DNA of 64,000 nt from an uncultured Candidatus Saccharibacteria bacterium (GTDB lineage: Bacteria > Patescibacteriota > Minisyncoccia > Phycocordibacterales > UBA9973): the NCBI GenBank assembly GCA_964404925.1, contig CAYOLW010000001.1, positions 2,106 through 66,105 on the forward strand, written 5' to 3'. Positions 43,428 to 52,655 of this stretch are shown here, piece by piece. Position 1 is the stretch's first letter; the number at the start of each line of letters is the position of its first letter. A program made the translations under genes and the position numbers. The notes below the pieces were generated by a model. It ran no database searches. It had not been told where the DNA came from and worked only from the letters and a program-made list of their open reading frames with translations.

Positions 43428-45545
43428 GTGTCGCAAAATCAAGGAAAGGTATTTAAATTAAAGAGTGAATACAAACCTGCCGGGGATCAACCCAAGGCTA
43501 TTTCTGAATTGGTGGATGGTCTTAAAAAAGGAATGAAAAAGCAAACCCTCCTCGGTGCCACCGGTACTGGTAAGACTTTCACCATGGCGAATGTTATTGC
43601 TGAGTATAATCGTCCAGCTTTGGTTATTGCGCACAATAAGACACTGGCTGCTCAGCTGGCCCAAGAGTTCAAAGCATTTTTTCCTGATGCTGCGGTGCAC
43701 TATTTTGTTTCTTATTACGATTACTATCAACCCGAAGCCTATATGCCAGTATCAGATACTTATATAGAAAAAGATGCTCAGATTAACAAAGAGATAGACC
43801 GTTTGCGACATGCTTCAACCCAGGCATTGCTTACTCGACCCGATACAATCATCGTTGCATCGGTATCTTGTATTTATGGTTTAGGTTCTCCCAAGGAGTA
43901 CGAAAAAGTAAATATGAAACTAGAGGCAGGAATGAAGATAGATAGAAACACTCTAATGAAGAGGTTGATTGAAATACATTTTTCAAGGACCAACGCAGAC
44001 CTTTTGCCTGGAACTTTTCGTGCGGTAGGGCCCAAGGTTGAATTTATGCCAGTTTCAGAGAATATCATGTACTCAATAGAGTTTGGTATTACTGGAGTGG
44101 ATAAAATATTTAAAATAGATCCAGTCTCGATGAGAATAGTCCAAGAAGAGAAGCACGTTTTTATTTTTCCAGCCAAGCACTTCATTACTGAAGATAAAAA
44201 AGTAAAAATTGCATTAGATAATATCAAAAAGGAACTAGCTCTTCAGTTAAAGAAATTTGAAAAGGAAGGAAAGTTGCTTGAAGCAGAGAGGATAAAAAGG
44301 AGGACTAACTACGATCTAGCTATGATAAAAGAAGTTGGCTACTGTAGCGGAATAGAAAATTACTCCAGGCATTTGTCTGGGAAAAAAGAAGGTGAGGCTC
44401 CAGACACACTCCTGTCGTATTTTCCAGATGGATTCCTGACAATTATCGATGAATCGCATGTGACCTTGCCGCAACTTTCTGGTATGTATGCTGGCGATGC
44501 TTCTCGCAAAACGACTTTAGTTGAATATGGATTTCGCCTACCTAGCGCAAAAGACAACCGACCACTTAAGTATCCTGAGTTTGGAGAAAGAATTAATTCG
44601 GTAATTTATACCAGTGCTACTCCTGGAGATTTAGAAAGAGAAGAAAGCGCCCAGATTGTAGAACAGATAATTCGTCCAACAGGGCTTGTTGATCCAGAAA
44701 CAATAATCCGTCCAGTTTCCGAGAAGGGTAAATATCCAGGCCAAATTCAAGATTTCATTATTGAAACAGAAGTTACTATAAAACGAGGTTATAGGGTTTT
44801 GGCGACAACCCTCACTAAGAAAATGGCTGAAGACTTATCTGTATACCTAAAGGATAAAAAAATTAAGGCTGAGTATCTACATAGTGATATTAAAACGATA
44901 GACAGAATAAAAATTCTTACAGAATTCCGTAAGGGTAAATTTGATGTATTAGTAGGTGTTAACTTGTTGCGTGAAGGTCTGGATTTGCCTGAGGTGGCAT
45001 TGATTGGAATTTTTGATGCTGACAAAGAAGGATTCTTGCGTAGCGAAACAGCATTGATTCAAACCATTGGCCGAGCTGCCCGTAATGCTGAGGGCCGAGT
45101 TATTTTATATGCTGATCAACTAACCGGATCTATGGACCGTGCACTAGGGGAGACTAAACGCCGTCGAGACATACAGATTGCTTATAATAAGAAGCACGGT
45201 ATAACACCCAAAACTATATTGAAAAACATTAAAGATATTACCGAAGAACTTGAAAGCGAGCACAGTAAGGCTGTAAATGCTGAACTTAATATAGACTTAG
45301 AGGTGTTCAAAAAAGCATATGCAAAAGAGTTGAAATTAGATAAAACAAAAATTACTAAACAAAAAGATGGAACAACAGAGGTAAAACTGCACATGTCAGA
45401 CGAAGAGCGCAGTGATTTGGTGTATGAAAAAATAATAAAAATAAAAGAGAAAGAAATGAATAAAGCAGTGAAGGAACTTGATTTTGAAACTGCCGCTATA
45501 TTGCGCGATGAAATTGTTGTTTTGCGCGAAAGGTCTAAAAAGTAA
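43428..45545 (+). CDS. uvrB: Excinuclease ABC subunit B.
   Basis: The N-terminus FKLKSEYKPAGDQPKAI and Walker A GATGTGKTFT are present. The helicase motif is DESH. The C-terminal UvrB/UvrC interaction helix is FETAAILRDEIVVLRE. Confidence 0.95.
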   Translation: MSQNQGKVFKLKSEYKPAGDQPKAISELVDGLKKGMKKQTLLGATGTGKTFTMANVIAEYNRPALVIAHNKTLAAQLAQEFKAFFPDAAVHYFVSYYDYYQPEAYMPVSDTYIEKDAQINKEIDRLRHASTQALLTRPDTIIVASVSCIYGLGSPKEYEKVNMKLEAGMKIDRNTLMKRLIEIHFSRTNADLLPGTFRAVGPKVEFMPVSENIMYSIEFGITGVDKIFKIDPVSMRIVQEEKHVFIFPAKHFITEDKKVKIALDNIKKELALQLKKFEKEGKLLEAERIKRRTNYDLAMIKEVGYCSGIENYSRHLSGKKEGEAPDTLLSYFPDGFLTIIDESHVTLPQLSGMYAGDASRKTTLVEYGFRLPSAKDNRPLKYPEFGERINSVIYTSATPGDLEREESAQIVEQIIRPTGLVDPETIIRPVSEKGKYPGQIQDFIIETEVTIKRGYRVLATTLTKKMAEDLSVYLKDKKIKAEYLHSDIKTIDRIKILTEFRKGKFDVLVGVNLLREGLDLPEVALIGIFDADKEGFLRSETALIQTIGRAARNAEGRVILYADQLTGSMDRALGETKRRRDIQIAYNKKHGITPKTILKNIKDITEELESEHSKAVNAELNIDLEVFKKAYAKELKLDKTKITKQKDGTTEVKLHMSDEERSDLVYEKIIKIKEKEMNKAVKELDFETAAILRDEIVVLRERSKK

Positions 45546-45562
45546 TTTGGTATACTAGTTAA

Positions 45563-46213
45563 ATGGCAAACATATTGGAAATAGGGGGCGGCAGGACTCC
45601 ATTTTTTATAAGGTACAAGATACCACTCAATAATGAAGATGTTTATATTGCGATAGACTCAGATAAGGAAAATATTCAAATGGCAGAATACTCTCTCCAT
45701 CATCATTTTAAAGAACCAAAACAATTATATAAAACACAAATTAAACAAGCGGATGCGTCCGTGGGCGTCCCTTATCCAGATAATTATTTTGATAAAGTTG
45801 TAATTAGTAACACTTTTTCTGCACCAATCCATAAAAATTGGGATGAGAATGGGTACACCGTAAAAACAAAAATTGGTGAAGAAATAGTTGAACGCAAAAT
45901 TCGTGAAGCATCTTCTAATGAAGACCCTTTTTATATTGAAAGAAGAAAAATGCTAGATGAGGCACTGAGGGTTCTGAAGACTGGGGGAGAATTGTTTATT
46001 TACACTGATTTGATAATCTACGGAATAGAATCATATGAGCGTTTAGTTAAAGAATTAAAAAACGATTATTTTATGTCTTATGTATTTGATACCAAAGAAG
46101 CTTCTAGGATAGACACCTTAAATAAGCAAAAATTAGTATCCAATGAATTTTGTTGTTGTTTCAGGGCGGAAGTTTTACCAAGGTCTGAGGTACACAGAGT
46201 TATTAAGGTTTAG
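45563..46213 (+). CDS. Putative class I SAM-dependent methyltransferase (216 aa).
   Basis: Motif I is LEIGGG, followed by an acidic post-I AIDSD and a motif II/III-like KVVISN ... LKTGGELFIY. The substrate is unknown. Confidence 0.45.
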   Translation: MANILEIGGGRTPFFIRYKIPLNNEDVYIAIDSDKENIQMAEYSLHHHFKEPKQLYKTQIKQADASVGVPYPDNYFDKVVISNTFSAPIHKNWDENGYTVKTKIGEEIVERKIREASSNEDPFYIERRKMLDEALRVLKTGGELFIYTDLIIYGIESYERLVKELKNDYFMSYVFDTKEASRIDTLNKQKLVSNEFCCCFRAEVLPRSEVHRVIKV

Positions 46214-46242
46214 CTTATAAAAAGACACCATATAATTGGCTT

Positions 46243-46270
46243 TGTCAATTAGGGTTGATTTTGCTATAAT
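46243..46270 (+). promoter_or_regulatory. Promoter for uvrA with TTGTCA, a 17-nt spacer and TATAAT.
   Basis: TTGTCA at 46243-46248 and TATAAT at 46265-46270, 9 nt before the ATG at 46280. Confidence 0.5.
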
Positions 46271-46279
46271 ACAACGTTC

Positions 46280-48910
46280 ATGAAAGATAAAAAATCAGAC
46301 AAACACGAATCTATAATTATTCGCGGAGCCAGGACACACAATCTGCGTAATATTGATGTGGAGATGCCCCGTAACAAAATGACGGTTATTACTGGTGTTT
46401 CAGGTTCTGGTAAATCTTCTCTTGCTTTTGACACAGTGTTTGCTGAGGGGCAGAGGAGGTATGTGGAATCACTTTCTTCATATGCTCGACAGTTTTTAAA
46501 CCAAATGCCCAAACCAGATGTGGACGAGATTACCGGACTTTCTCCAGCCATATCAATTGATCAAAAATCCAGGTCTAACAACCCTCGTTCAACAGTAGCA
46601 ACCATTACTGAAATCTACGACTACCTGCGTGTGATGTACGCCCGCATTGGGCACCCGCACTGTCCAGAGTGTGGTGAAGAAATCAAGAAACTGTCTAATG
46701 AAGAAATATTAAATTTTGTTTTAGATAAAGTTAATAGTTTCAGTAAGGCAAAAAAGGGCACCAAAAAAGTTCTAGATGTAGAGTGGAATGAAACTGAAAT
46801 AAGTATTTATGCACCTGTGGTCCGTGGACGTAAAGGGGAGTACTATCAGCTTTTATATGATTTGCTTGGTAAGGGTTTTACTCAAATACGATTAGATGGT
46901 GAGATAAAAAACTTGCGTGAACAAATAACCTTATCAAAAAACAAAGCCCACACCATTGAAGTTTTGGTTGATCACTTTGCATTGCATGAATTTATCGACA
47001 ATAAAGACACAGCCAAGACACGTCTGGCTGAAGCCTTGGAACGTGCCTTATTAGAATCTGACGGGTTAGTAAACATTAAAGTAAGCGATGAAGAGTTTCT
47101 AATGTCAGCTAAATTTGCTTGTAAAAATGATGGTTTTTCCTTTCCAGAAGTTGAACCAAGACTTTTCTCATTTAATTCACCGTATGGTGCCTGCCCAACA
47201 TGTAATGGACTTGGAACGAAATACTTTGGTGGGTTAGACCCATGTGATGATTGTCAGGGTGCACGACTAAGAAAAGAAGCGTTACATGTATTCTTGAGGT
47301 CGGATTCCCGAGGTTCGACCTCGGGAGGGGTAAATATTTTAGATTTAGCAAATCTCTCTGTTGCTGAGGCTTATGCTTTTTTTAAAAATTTAAAATTATC
47401 CGACAAAGAAAAAGAAATATCGCTACCGGTAGTTAGAGAAATAACTGACCGAATCAAATTCATGCTTGATGTAGGGCTCGACTACTTGCAACTTTCTCGT
47501 AAGGCCAACACCCTCTCCGGCGGGGAAGCACAGCGTATCAGGCTTGCTTCACAATTGGGCTCACGGCTCGTAGGTGCATTGTATGTGCTCGACGAGCCAA
47601 CGATTGGATTACACCAGCGGGATAATGATAGACTTATTAAAACATTGCTTGATTTGAGAGATTTAGGAAATACTATTTTAGTTGTTGAACATGATGAAGA
47701 CACTATCTATGCATCAGACTATATTGTGGATATTGGGCCTAAGGCTGGTGTGCATGGAGGGAATGTGGTTGTGTCTGGATATCTAGAAGATTTATTGACT
47801 GCTAAAAAGAACACCAGTGGATCACGTACCTTATCTTATTTGAGAGAAGAAACCAGAATAGAGATTCCTGAAAAGCGTCGTGATGCTAAAGGATGGCTCA
47901 AAATAGTTGGTGGAAAGGTTTTTAATATAGACAATATTAATGTTGAAATACCGCTAGGAGTAATGACTTGCATAACTGGAGTTTCAGGTAGTGGTAAGAG
48001 CTCTTTTATGTATGAAATTTTACACAAGAACCTGCAAGCTAGGTATGAAAGGAAATACCGTACAGCGGAAGTTTTTAACTGTTCTTCTTTTACTGGAACC
48101 GAGTATCTATCCAGAACTGTTCTGATAGATCAGTCACCAATTGGAAGAACACCTAGATCTAATATAGCTACTTATACCGGTACTTTTACGCACATCCGGG
48201 ATTTGTTTGCTGAGACCGAAGAATCAAAGTTCCGTGGTTGGAAGTCCAATAGATTTTCTTTTAATGTTAAAGGTGGTCGCTGTGAAGCTTGTGAAGGTAA
48301 TGGTGAGATAGCTGTTGAAATGCACTTTTTGCCAACAGTCTATGTAACCTGTGATGTATGCGGTGGAAAAAGATTTGATAAAGAAACACTGACAGTCAAA
48401 TATAAAAAGAAAAATATTTATGAAGTTTTGCGAATGACGGTAGAAGAAGGACTTGAATTCTTTAAGGATATTCCAGCTGTATATGATAGATTAGCTACAT
48501 TGATTGATGTTGGTTTAGGTTATCTAGAACTGGGTCAATCTGCCACAACCCTCTCCGGCGGGGAAGCACAGCGCGTAAAAATATCGAGTGAACTTTTTGA
48601 ATACCGAATGTCCCACCTACGTTCAGAGAAGACTATTTATTTATTGGACGAACCAACTGTAGGGTTACACTACGATGATGTAGCCAAACTACTAGAAGTA
48701 TTACAAAAGCTGGTTACCAAAGGAAACGCAGTTGTTTTAATTGAACATAATTTAGATATAATAAAAAGTGCTGATTATTTAATTGATTTTGGTCCCGAAG
48801 GTGGTACTGGTGGTGGTAATGTGGTTGCTCGTGGCACCCCAGAAGAGGTGGCTAATTCTCCTAAGAGTCATACAGGTAAATATTTGAAGAAAGTTTTACG
48901 CAAAAAATAA
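46280..48910 (+). CDS. uvrA: Excinuclease ABC subunit A.
   Basis: Two ABC modules are present: Walker A GVSGSGKSS twice, and signature LSGGEAQR twice. Zinc-finger cysteines are CPECGEE and CEACEG...CDVCGG. Confidence 0.95.
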   Translation: MKDKKSDKHESIIIRGARTHNLRNIDVEMPRNKMTVITGVSGSGKSSLAFDTVFAEGQRRYVESLSSYARQFLNQMPKPDVDEITGLSPAISIDQKSRSNNPRSTVATITEIYDYLRVMYARIGHPHCPECGEEIKKLSNEEILNFVLDKVNSFSKAKKGTKKVLDVEWNETEISIYAPVVRGRKGEYYQLLYDLLGKGFTQIRLDGEIKNLREQITLSKNKAHTIEVLVDHFALHEFIDNKDTAKTRLAEALERALLESDGLVNIKVSDEEFLMSAKFACKNDGFSFPEVEPRLFSFNSPYGACPTCNGLGTKYFGGLDPCDDCQGARLRKEALHVFLRSDSRGSTSGGVNILDLANLSVAEAYAFFKNLKLSDKEKEISLPVVREITDRIKFMLDVGLDYLQLSRKANTLSGGEAQRIRLASQLGSRLVGALYVLDEPTIGLHQRDNDRLIKTLLDLRDLGNTILVVEHDEDTIYASDYIVDIGPKAGVHGGNVVVSGYLEDLLTAKKNTSGSRTLSYLREETRIEIPEKRRDAKGWLKIVGGKVFNIDNINVEIPLGVMTCITGVSGSGKSSFMYEILHKNLQARYERKYRTAEVFNCSSFTGTEYLSRTVLIDQSPIGRTPRSNIATYTGTFTHIRDLFAETEESKFRGWKSNRFSFNVKGGRCEACEGNGEIAVEMHFLPTVYVTCDVCGGKRFDKETLTVKYKKKNIYEVLRMTVEEGLEFFKDIPAVYDRLATLIDVGLGYLELGQSATTLSGGEAQRVKISSELFEYRMSHLRSEKTIYLLDEPTVGLHYDDVAKLLEVLQKLVTKGNAVVLIEHNLDIIKSADYLIDFGPEGGTGGGNVVARGTPEEVANSPKSHTGKYLKKVLRKK
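47297..47327 (+). repeat. GC-rich palindromic in-frame element within uvrA, encoding ...RSDSRGSTSGG....
   Basis: The sequence is gaggtcggattcccgaggttcgacctcgggag, with arms cccgagg/cctcggg and gaggtcg/cgacctc. Its core matches the uvrC copies. Confidence 0.5.
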
Positions 48911-50203
48911 ATGAAACTAGAAAGTTTTAAAAAATTAAATTTACCGGAAAAACCAGGGGTTTATTTTTTCTTGGGTTATGAAAAATCGGGGTTGAACCCC
49001 GGGAATTCTAGGGGTTCAACCCCTGAAATATCTGGAAACGTACTTTACATCGGCAAGGCAACCAGTTTGCGTGACCGAGTTCGGAGTTATTTTTCTAAAG
49101 ATCTTATTGAAACTCGCGGTCCACTTTTAGTGGATATGGTTTGGAAGGCTACTGACATTAAATGGCAGGAAACAGAAAGTGTACTCGAAGCCCTAATCCT
49201 TGAAGCTAATTTAATAAAGAAACATCAGCCGTATTACAATACCAAAGAAAAAGACGACAAAAGCTTTAATTATGTTTGTATTACTTCTGAAAAAAGAATA
49301 CGTGTTATAAGAGGTAAGGATTTAAAACAAACAAAAGAAAAGTTCAAAAATACATTTGGTCCATATACTAACGGAGGACAACTGCGTGAAGCGTTAAAAA
49401 TAATTCGAAAGTTCTTCCCATTCATAGAAGACCGAAAGGGAACTAAAGGCAAAGAAGAATTTTACCGTCAGATAAAATTGATGCCCGAGAACATGAAAGA
49501 CAACACTAAAAATATTCGTAATATAATTTACTTCTTTGAAGGTAAGAAGAAAAAGATTATTAGCGGGCTAGTTCGAGAAATGAAGTCTTTGGCTAAAACA
49601 AAAAAATTTGAAGAAGCAAATGAAATAAAGAAAAAGATTTTTGCCCTAAATCATATTAATGACATTGCTTTGATTAAAAACGACTTGGCGGGCGGGAAGA
49701 GGTTGGACCTCGGGGGTTCTAGAGGTCCAACCTCAAAGAGCCATCAAACATTTCGTATTGAAGCCTATGATATAGCCCATATGGCTGGCAGGAACATGGT
49801 GGGCGTAATGACAGTGGTGGAAAATGGAGAAATAAATAAAAGAGAGTATAAGAAATTTAAAATCAAAACCCAATCTAATGCTAACGACACAGGTGCACTA
49901 ACCGAGGTATTGGAGAGGAGGTTTGGCCACCTTGAGTGGCAATTACCTAATCTGATTGTGGTTGATGGCGGAAAAGCTCAGATAAATTTTGCCGAGAAGG
50001 TTCTACAAAGAATGAATATACAAATACCAATAGTATCTGTCTTGAAAGACGAAAGGCATAGACCCAAAAACATTTTAGGTGACAAAGATTTAGCTAGAAA
50101 GTATGAGAGAGAAATACTACTGGCCAATGCTGAGGCTCACAGGTTCTCTATTGGTTATCATAAACAAATGCGGAATAAAAACTTTTTACCCAATGCAAAG
50201 TAA
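48911..50203 (+). CDS. uvrC: Excinuclease ABC subunit C (short form, 430 aa). It has a GIY-YIG nuclease and a UvrC middle/RNase H-like domain. The C-terminal HhH region appears absent.
   Basis: The GIY-YIG region is PGVYFFLGY...VLYIGKATSLRDRVRSYF, interrupted by a ~14-aa insertion. The gene directly follows uvrA. Confidence 0.8.
   Translation: MKLESFKKLNLPEKPGVYFFLGYEKSGLNPGNSRGSTPEISGNVLYIGKATSLRDRVRSYFSKDLIETRGPLLVDMVWKATDIKWQETESVLEALILEANLIKKHQPYYNTKEKDDKSFNYVCITSEKRIRVIRGKDLKQTKEKFKNTFGPYTNGGQLREALKIIRKFFPFIEDRKGTKGKEEFYRQIKLMPENMKDNTKNIRNIIYFFEGKKKKIISGLVREMKSLAKTKKFEEANEIKKKIFALNHINDIALIKNDLAGGKRLDLGGSRGPTSKSHQTFRIEAYDIAHMAGRNMVGVMTVVENGEINKREYKKFKIKTQSNANDTGALTEVLERRFGHLEWQLPNLIVVDGGKAQINFAEKVLQRMNIQIPIVSVLKDERHRPKNILGDKDLARKYEREILLANAEAHRFSIGYHKQMRNKNFLPNAK
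48988..49023 (+). repeat. GC-rich palindromic in-frame element within the uvrC GIY-YIG motif, encoding SGLNPGNSRGSTPE.
   Basis: The arms ggggttgaacccc and ggggttcaacccc are exact reverse complements, and the loop is gggaattcta. Confidence 0.6.
49699..49734 (+). repeat. Second GC-rich palindromic in-frame element within uvrC, encoding LDLGGSRGPTSK.
   Basis: The arms gaggttggacctc and gaggtccaacctc are exact reverse complements. The loop gggggttcta is nearly identical to the loop of the first uvrC copy. Confidence 0.6.
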
Positions 50204-50669
50204 ACAAAATATTTTAATATTAAACGACATTCGTGGAGCTGAAAATGTGGGTGCTATGTTTCGCACCGCTGATGCAGCCGGGGTCCATAAAATTTATTTG
50301 GTTGGCTATACGCCAACACCTATCGATAGATTTGGACGCAAACAAAAGTCTATAGCTAAGACAGCCCTGGGTGCTGAAGATTATATACCCTGGGAACAGG
50401 TAAAAAGTATAAATACACTTATTAATAAACTCCACAAAAACGGTTTCCAAATTATTGCCATAGAACAAGATGAAAATTCAGTAAATTACAAAAAAGTAAA
50501 ATTGAAAGACAAGAACGCTATAATAATGGGTAGCGAGGTAGATGGTGTAGCTAAAAATGTTTTAGCTAAATGTGACGTGATTGCCGAGATACCCATGCAA
50601 GGTAAAAAAGAGTCCTTGAACGTTTCTGTGGCTTGTGGGGTGGCGTTATACGGTTTATTGGGTAAATAG
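50193..50669 (+). CDS. SpoU/TrmH-family RNA 2'-O-methyltransferase (TrmL-like, about 158 aa).
   Basis: I prefer the start at 50193 (MQSKQNILIL), because the listed 50103 start overlaps uvrC. The protein has the SPOUT motifs NVGAMFRTADAAG, IMGSEVDGV and the C-terminal ESLNVSVACGVALY. Confidence 0.75.
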   Translation: MQSKQNILILNDIRGAENVGAMFRTADAAGVHKIYLVGYTPTPIDRFGRKQKSIAKTALGAEDYIPWEQVKSINTLINKLHKNGFQIIAIEQDENSVNYKKVKLKDKNAIIMGSEVDGVAKNVLAKCDVIAEIPMQGKKESLNVSVACGVALYGLLGK

Positions 50670-50670
50670 T

Positions 50671-50823
50671 TTACCAATACGACTCACCAGTGTTAAGCGG
50701 TGTTGGTGGTTTGATAAATGGACCACCACCGCCTTCAGACTCGTACCTTTGTGGGCCGCCTGTCCAGAGCCAAAAAAACCAAAGCAGTATTACAATTCCA
50801 ATAAATCCTAAAATTATTCTCAT
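50671..50823 (-). CDS. Possible 50-aa single-TM, Gly/Pro-rich membrane peptide (unlisted).
   Basis: Manual translation gives MRIILGFIGIVILLWFFWLWTGGPQRYESEGGGGPFIKPPTPLNTGESYW. No homology is recognised. Confidence 0.25.
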   Translation of the reverse strand: MRIILGFIGIVILLWFFWLWTGGPQRYESEGGGGPFIKPPTPLNTGESYW

Positions 50824-50897
50824 CCCAGTACTAAAAATTTAAATGTTAATTTTAATTTATTTACCCGTAATCAAAATTTTAGTACGGGACAAGTAAA

Positions 50898-51743
50898 TTA
50901 AATTTGATGTTTGTCGCAAAAATGTGCGCTACGGCCATTTACTACTTTTCGTATTATAACACCATGGCAGGACTTTTTCTTGCATTTTTCACCACGAAGA
51001 CCATAGACAGTGTGTTCTGACTGGAAATTTCCTTTTTCGCCATAGACATTAATATAATCTGACATTGAATCACCTCCAAAATCGATACCTTTATTTAAGA
51101 GTATTTTAGTGGATTCATAAATTTTTCGCAGTTCTTTGTTATTAATGTTTCGCACTAGTCTCTCTGGGTGTACATCGGCGCGCCACAGTACCTCATCTGA
51201 ATATATATTACCAACACCAACAAGTATACTTTGATCCATTAAAACTGTTTTTATCTTGCCGTTTGGTTTCTTGGTTAATCTTTCTTTGAATGTTTCAAGT
51301 GTGAAGCCTTTTTCTAGTGGCTCAGGACCGAGGTCTTTCAAGTGTTTAGACTCGTGCATATTTTTAGTATCAAGTAGAGTCATCTTGCCAAATTTGCGCG
51401 GATCAGAAAAAGCGAGTTTTTTACCACCGGATAAGGTAAACAAGACGTGAACATATTTATCGTGATTTTTGACGAGCATTCGCCCTGTCATTTTCATATG
51501 TACTAAAATCGTTTTATTCCCCGACAGGTGTATTAGAATATTTTTGGCTCGACGTTTAACTTCTGTTATCTTTTTACCAACTACTTCCTTTTTAAAAATA
51601 TTGAAAAATGCGGGTTCGGATACCGTGTCTTTTTTCCTTTTGTCTTTGGTTCTAAGGTCAGTCCAAACATCAAGGATTTTATGTCCTACGATTTCTTTCT
51701 GTAACCCTAAAACGGTGGTTTCTACCTCTGGTAACTCGGGCAT
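50898..51743 (-). CDS. mutM: Formamidopyrimidine-DNA glycosylase (Fpg/MutM; the Nei family is not excluded).
   Basis: The N-terminus is MPELPEVETT, with catalytic Pro2 and Glu3. The H2TH region is present. The C-terminal zinc finger is CKKKSC...CDKHQ. Confidence 0.9.
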   Translation of the reverse strand: MPELPEVETTVLGLQKEIVGHKILDVWTDLRTKDKRKKDTVSEPAFFNIFKKEVVGKKITEVKRRAKNILIHLSGNKTILVHMKMTGRMLVKNHDKYVHVLFTLSGGKKLAFSDPRKFGKMTLLDTKNMHESKHLKDLGPEPLEKGFTLETFKERLTKKPNGKIKTVLMDQSILVGVGNIYSDEVLWRADVHPERLVRNINNKELRKIYESTKILLNKGIDFGGDSMSDYINVYGEKGNFQSEHTVYGLRGEKCKKKSCHGVIIRKVVNGRSAHFCDKHQI

Positions 51744-52306
51744 TATTTATTTCCTAAGAATTTTAAAGCTTCCTTTATTTTTGTATTTGTGTCGGCCTCA
51801 GGGTTTAGCTGTTTTAAAATATCACGTACTTCATTTTCTCGATAGCCTATTGCTTTGAGTGCCTCAAGCACATCAAGATTGTTGCTATAACCATCTGCTA
51901 ATGTTTCTTTGCCTAATTTATCTCGAAGTTCAAGGATTATTTTTTCAGCAGTTTTTTTACCAATACCAGATATTTTATTTAAATAAGCCAAGTCTCCAGT
52001 TTTAATAGATCGAGTAAGGGTCTCCACTCCTGAGACTGAGAGTATGCCCATTGCACCCTTAGGTCCAATACCAGACACGCCAAGTAGTAGTTCAAATAAA
52101 GACAATTCTTTTAAATCCTTAAATCCATAAAGGTCGAAAGCATCTTCTCTTACGTGTGTATGTAAATACAAAAATGTTTCTAATTCATTGCCTATACCTA
52201 GCAACAACTCTGGCAACACCGAAATACGGTAGCCAATACCATTATTTTCTACCAAAATATGCTTTTCCCCCCTATGTATTATCTTGCCGCGGATGCTTCC
52301 AAACAT
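51743..52306 (-). CDS. ruvA: Holliday junction DNA helicase subunit RuvA.
   Basis: The N-terminus is MFGSIRGKI, followed by an OB fold and the tandem HhH LLGVSGIGPKGAMGIL ... ISGIGKKTAEKIILEL. The gene is separated from ruvBC by about 18 kb. Confidence 0.85.
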   Translation of the reverse strand: MFGSIRGKIIHRGEKHILVENNGIGYRISVLPELLLGIGNELETFLYLHTHVREDAFDLYGFKDLKELSLFELLLGVSGIGPKGAMGILSVSGVETLTRSIKTGDLAYLNKISGIGKKTAEKIILELRDKLGKETLADGYSNNLDVLEALKAIGYRENEVRDILKQLNPEADTNTKIKEALKFLGNK

Positions 52307-52382
52307 AGGCTAATAATAGCATATTAGTTATTTGACACACCTGGGATTTGCCTTTTTAGTTACTTTTTGTTAAATTACCTTT

Positions 52383-52634
52383 ATGCCAATAACAAAATCA
52401 GCTAAAAAAGCAATTCGCGTTTCTGCTCGCAAAAAGGCAGTTAATGACCAGAACAAGCGCCGCGTAAAGGACGTAATCAAGAAGTTTGAGAAAACAGTCA
52501 AAGCTGACAAGAAAACAGCCGAGTCTATGCTATCCAACGCTTACGCTACTATTGATAAAGCTGCTAAGCGAGGTGTCATAAAGAAGAACAATGCGGCTCG
52601 CAAGAAATCTCGTCTAGCTAGACTAGTTAAGTAA
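52383..52634 (+). CDS. rpsT: 30S ribosomal protein S20.
   Basis: MPITKSAKKAIRVSARKKAVNDQNKRRVK... is typical of S20. Confidence 0.9.
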   Translation: MPITKSAKKAIRVSARKKAVNDQNKRRVKDVIKKFEKTVKADKKTAESMLSNAYATIDKAAKRGVIKKNNAARKKSRLARLVK

Positions 52635-52655
52635 TACACGAGATAAACATACTTA

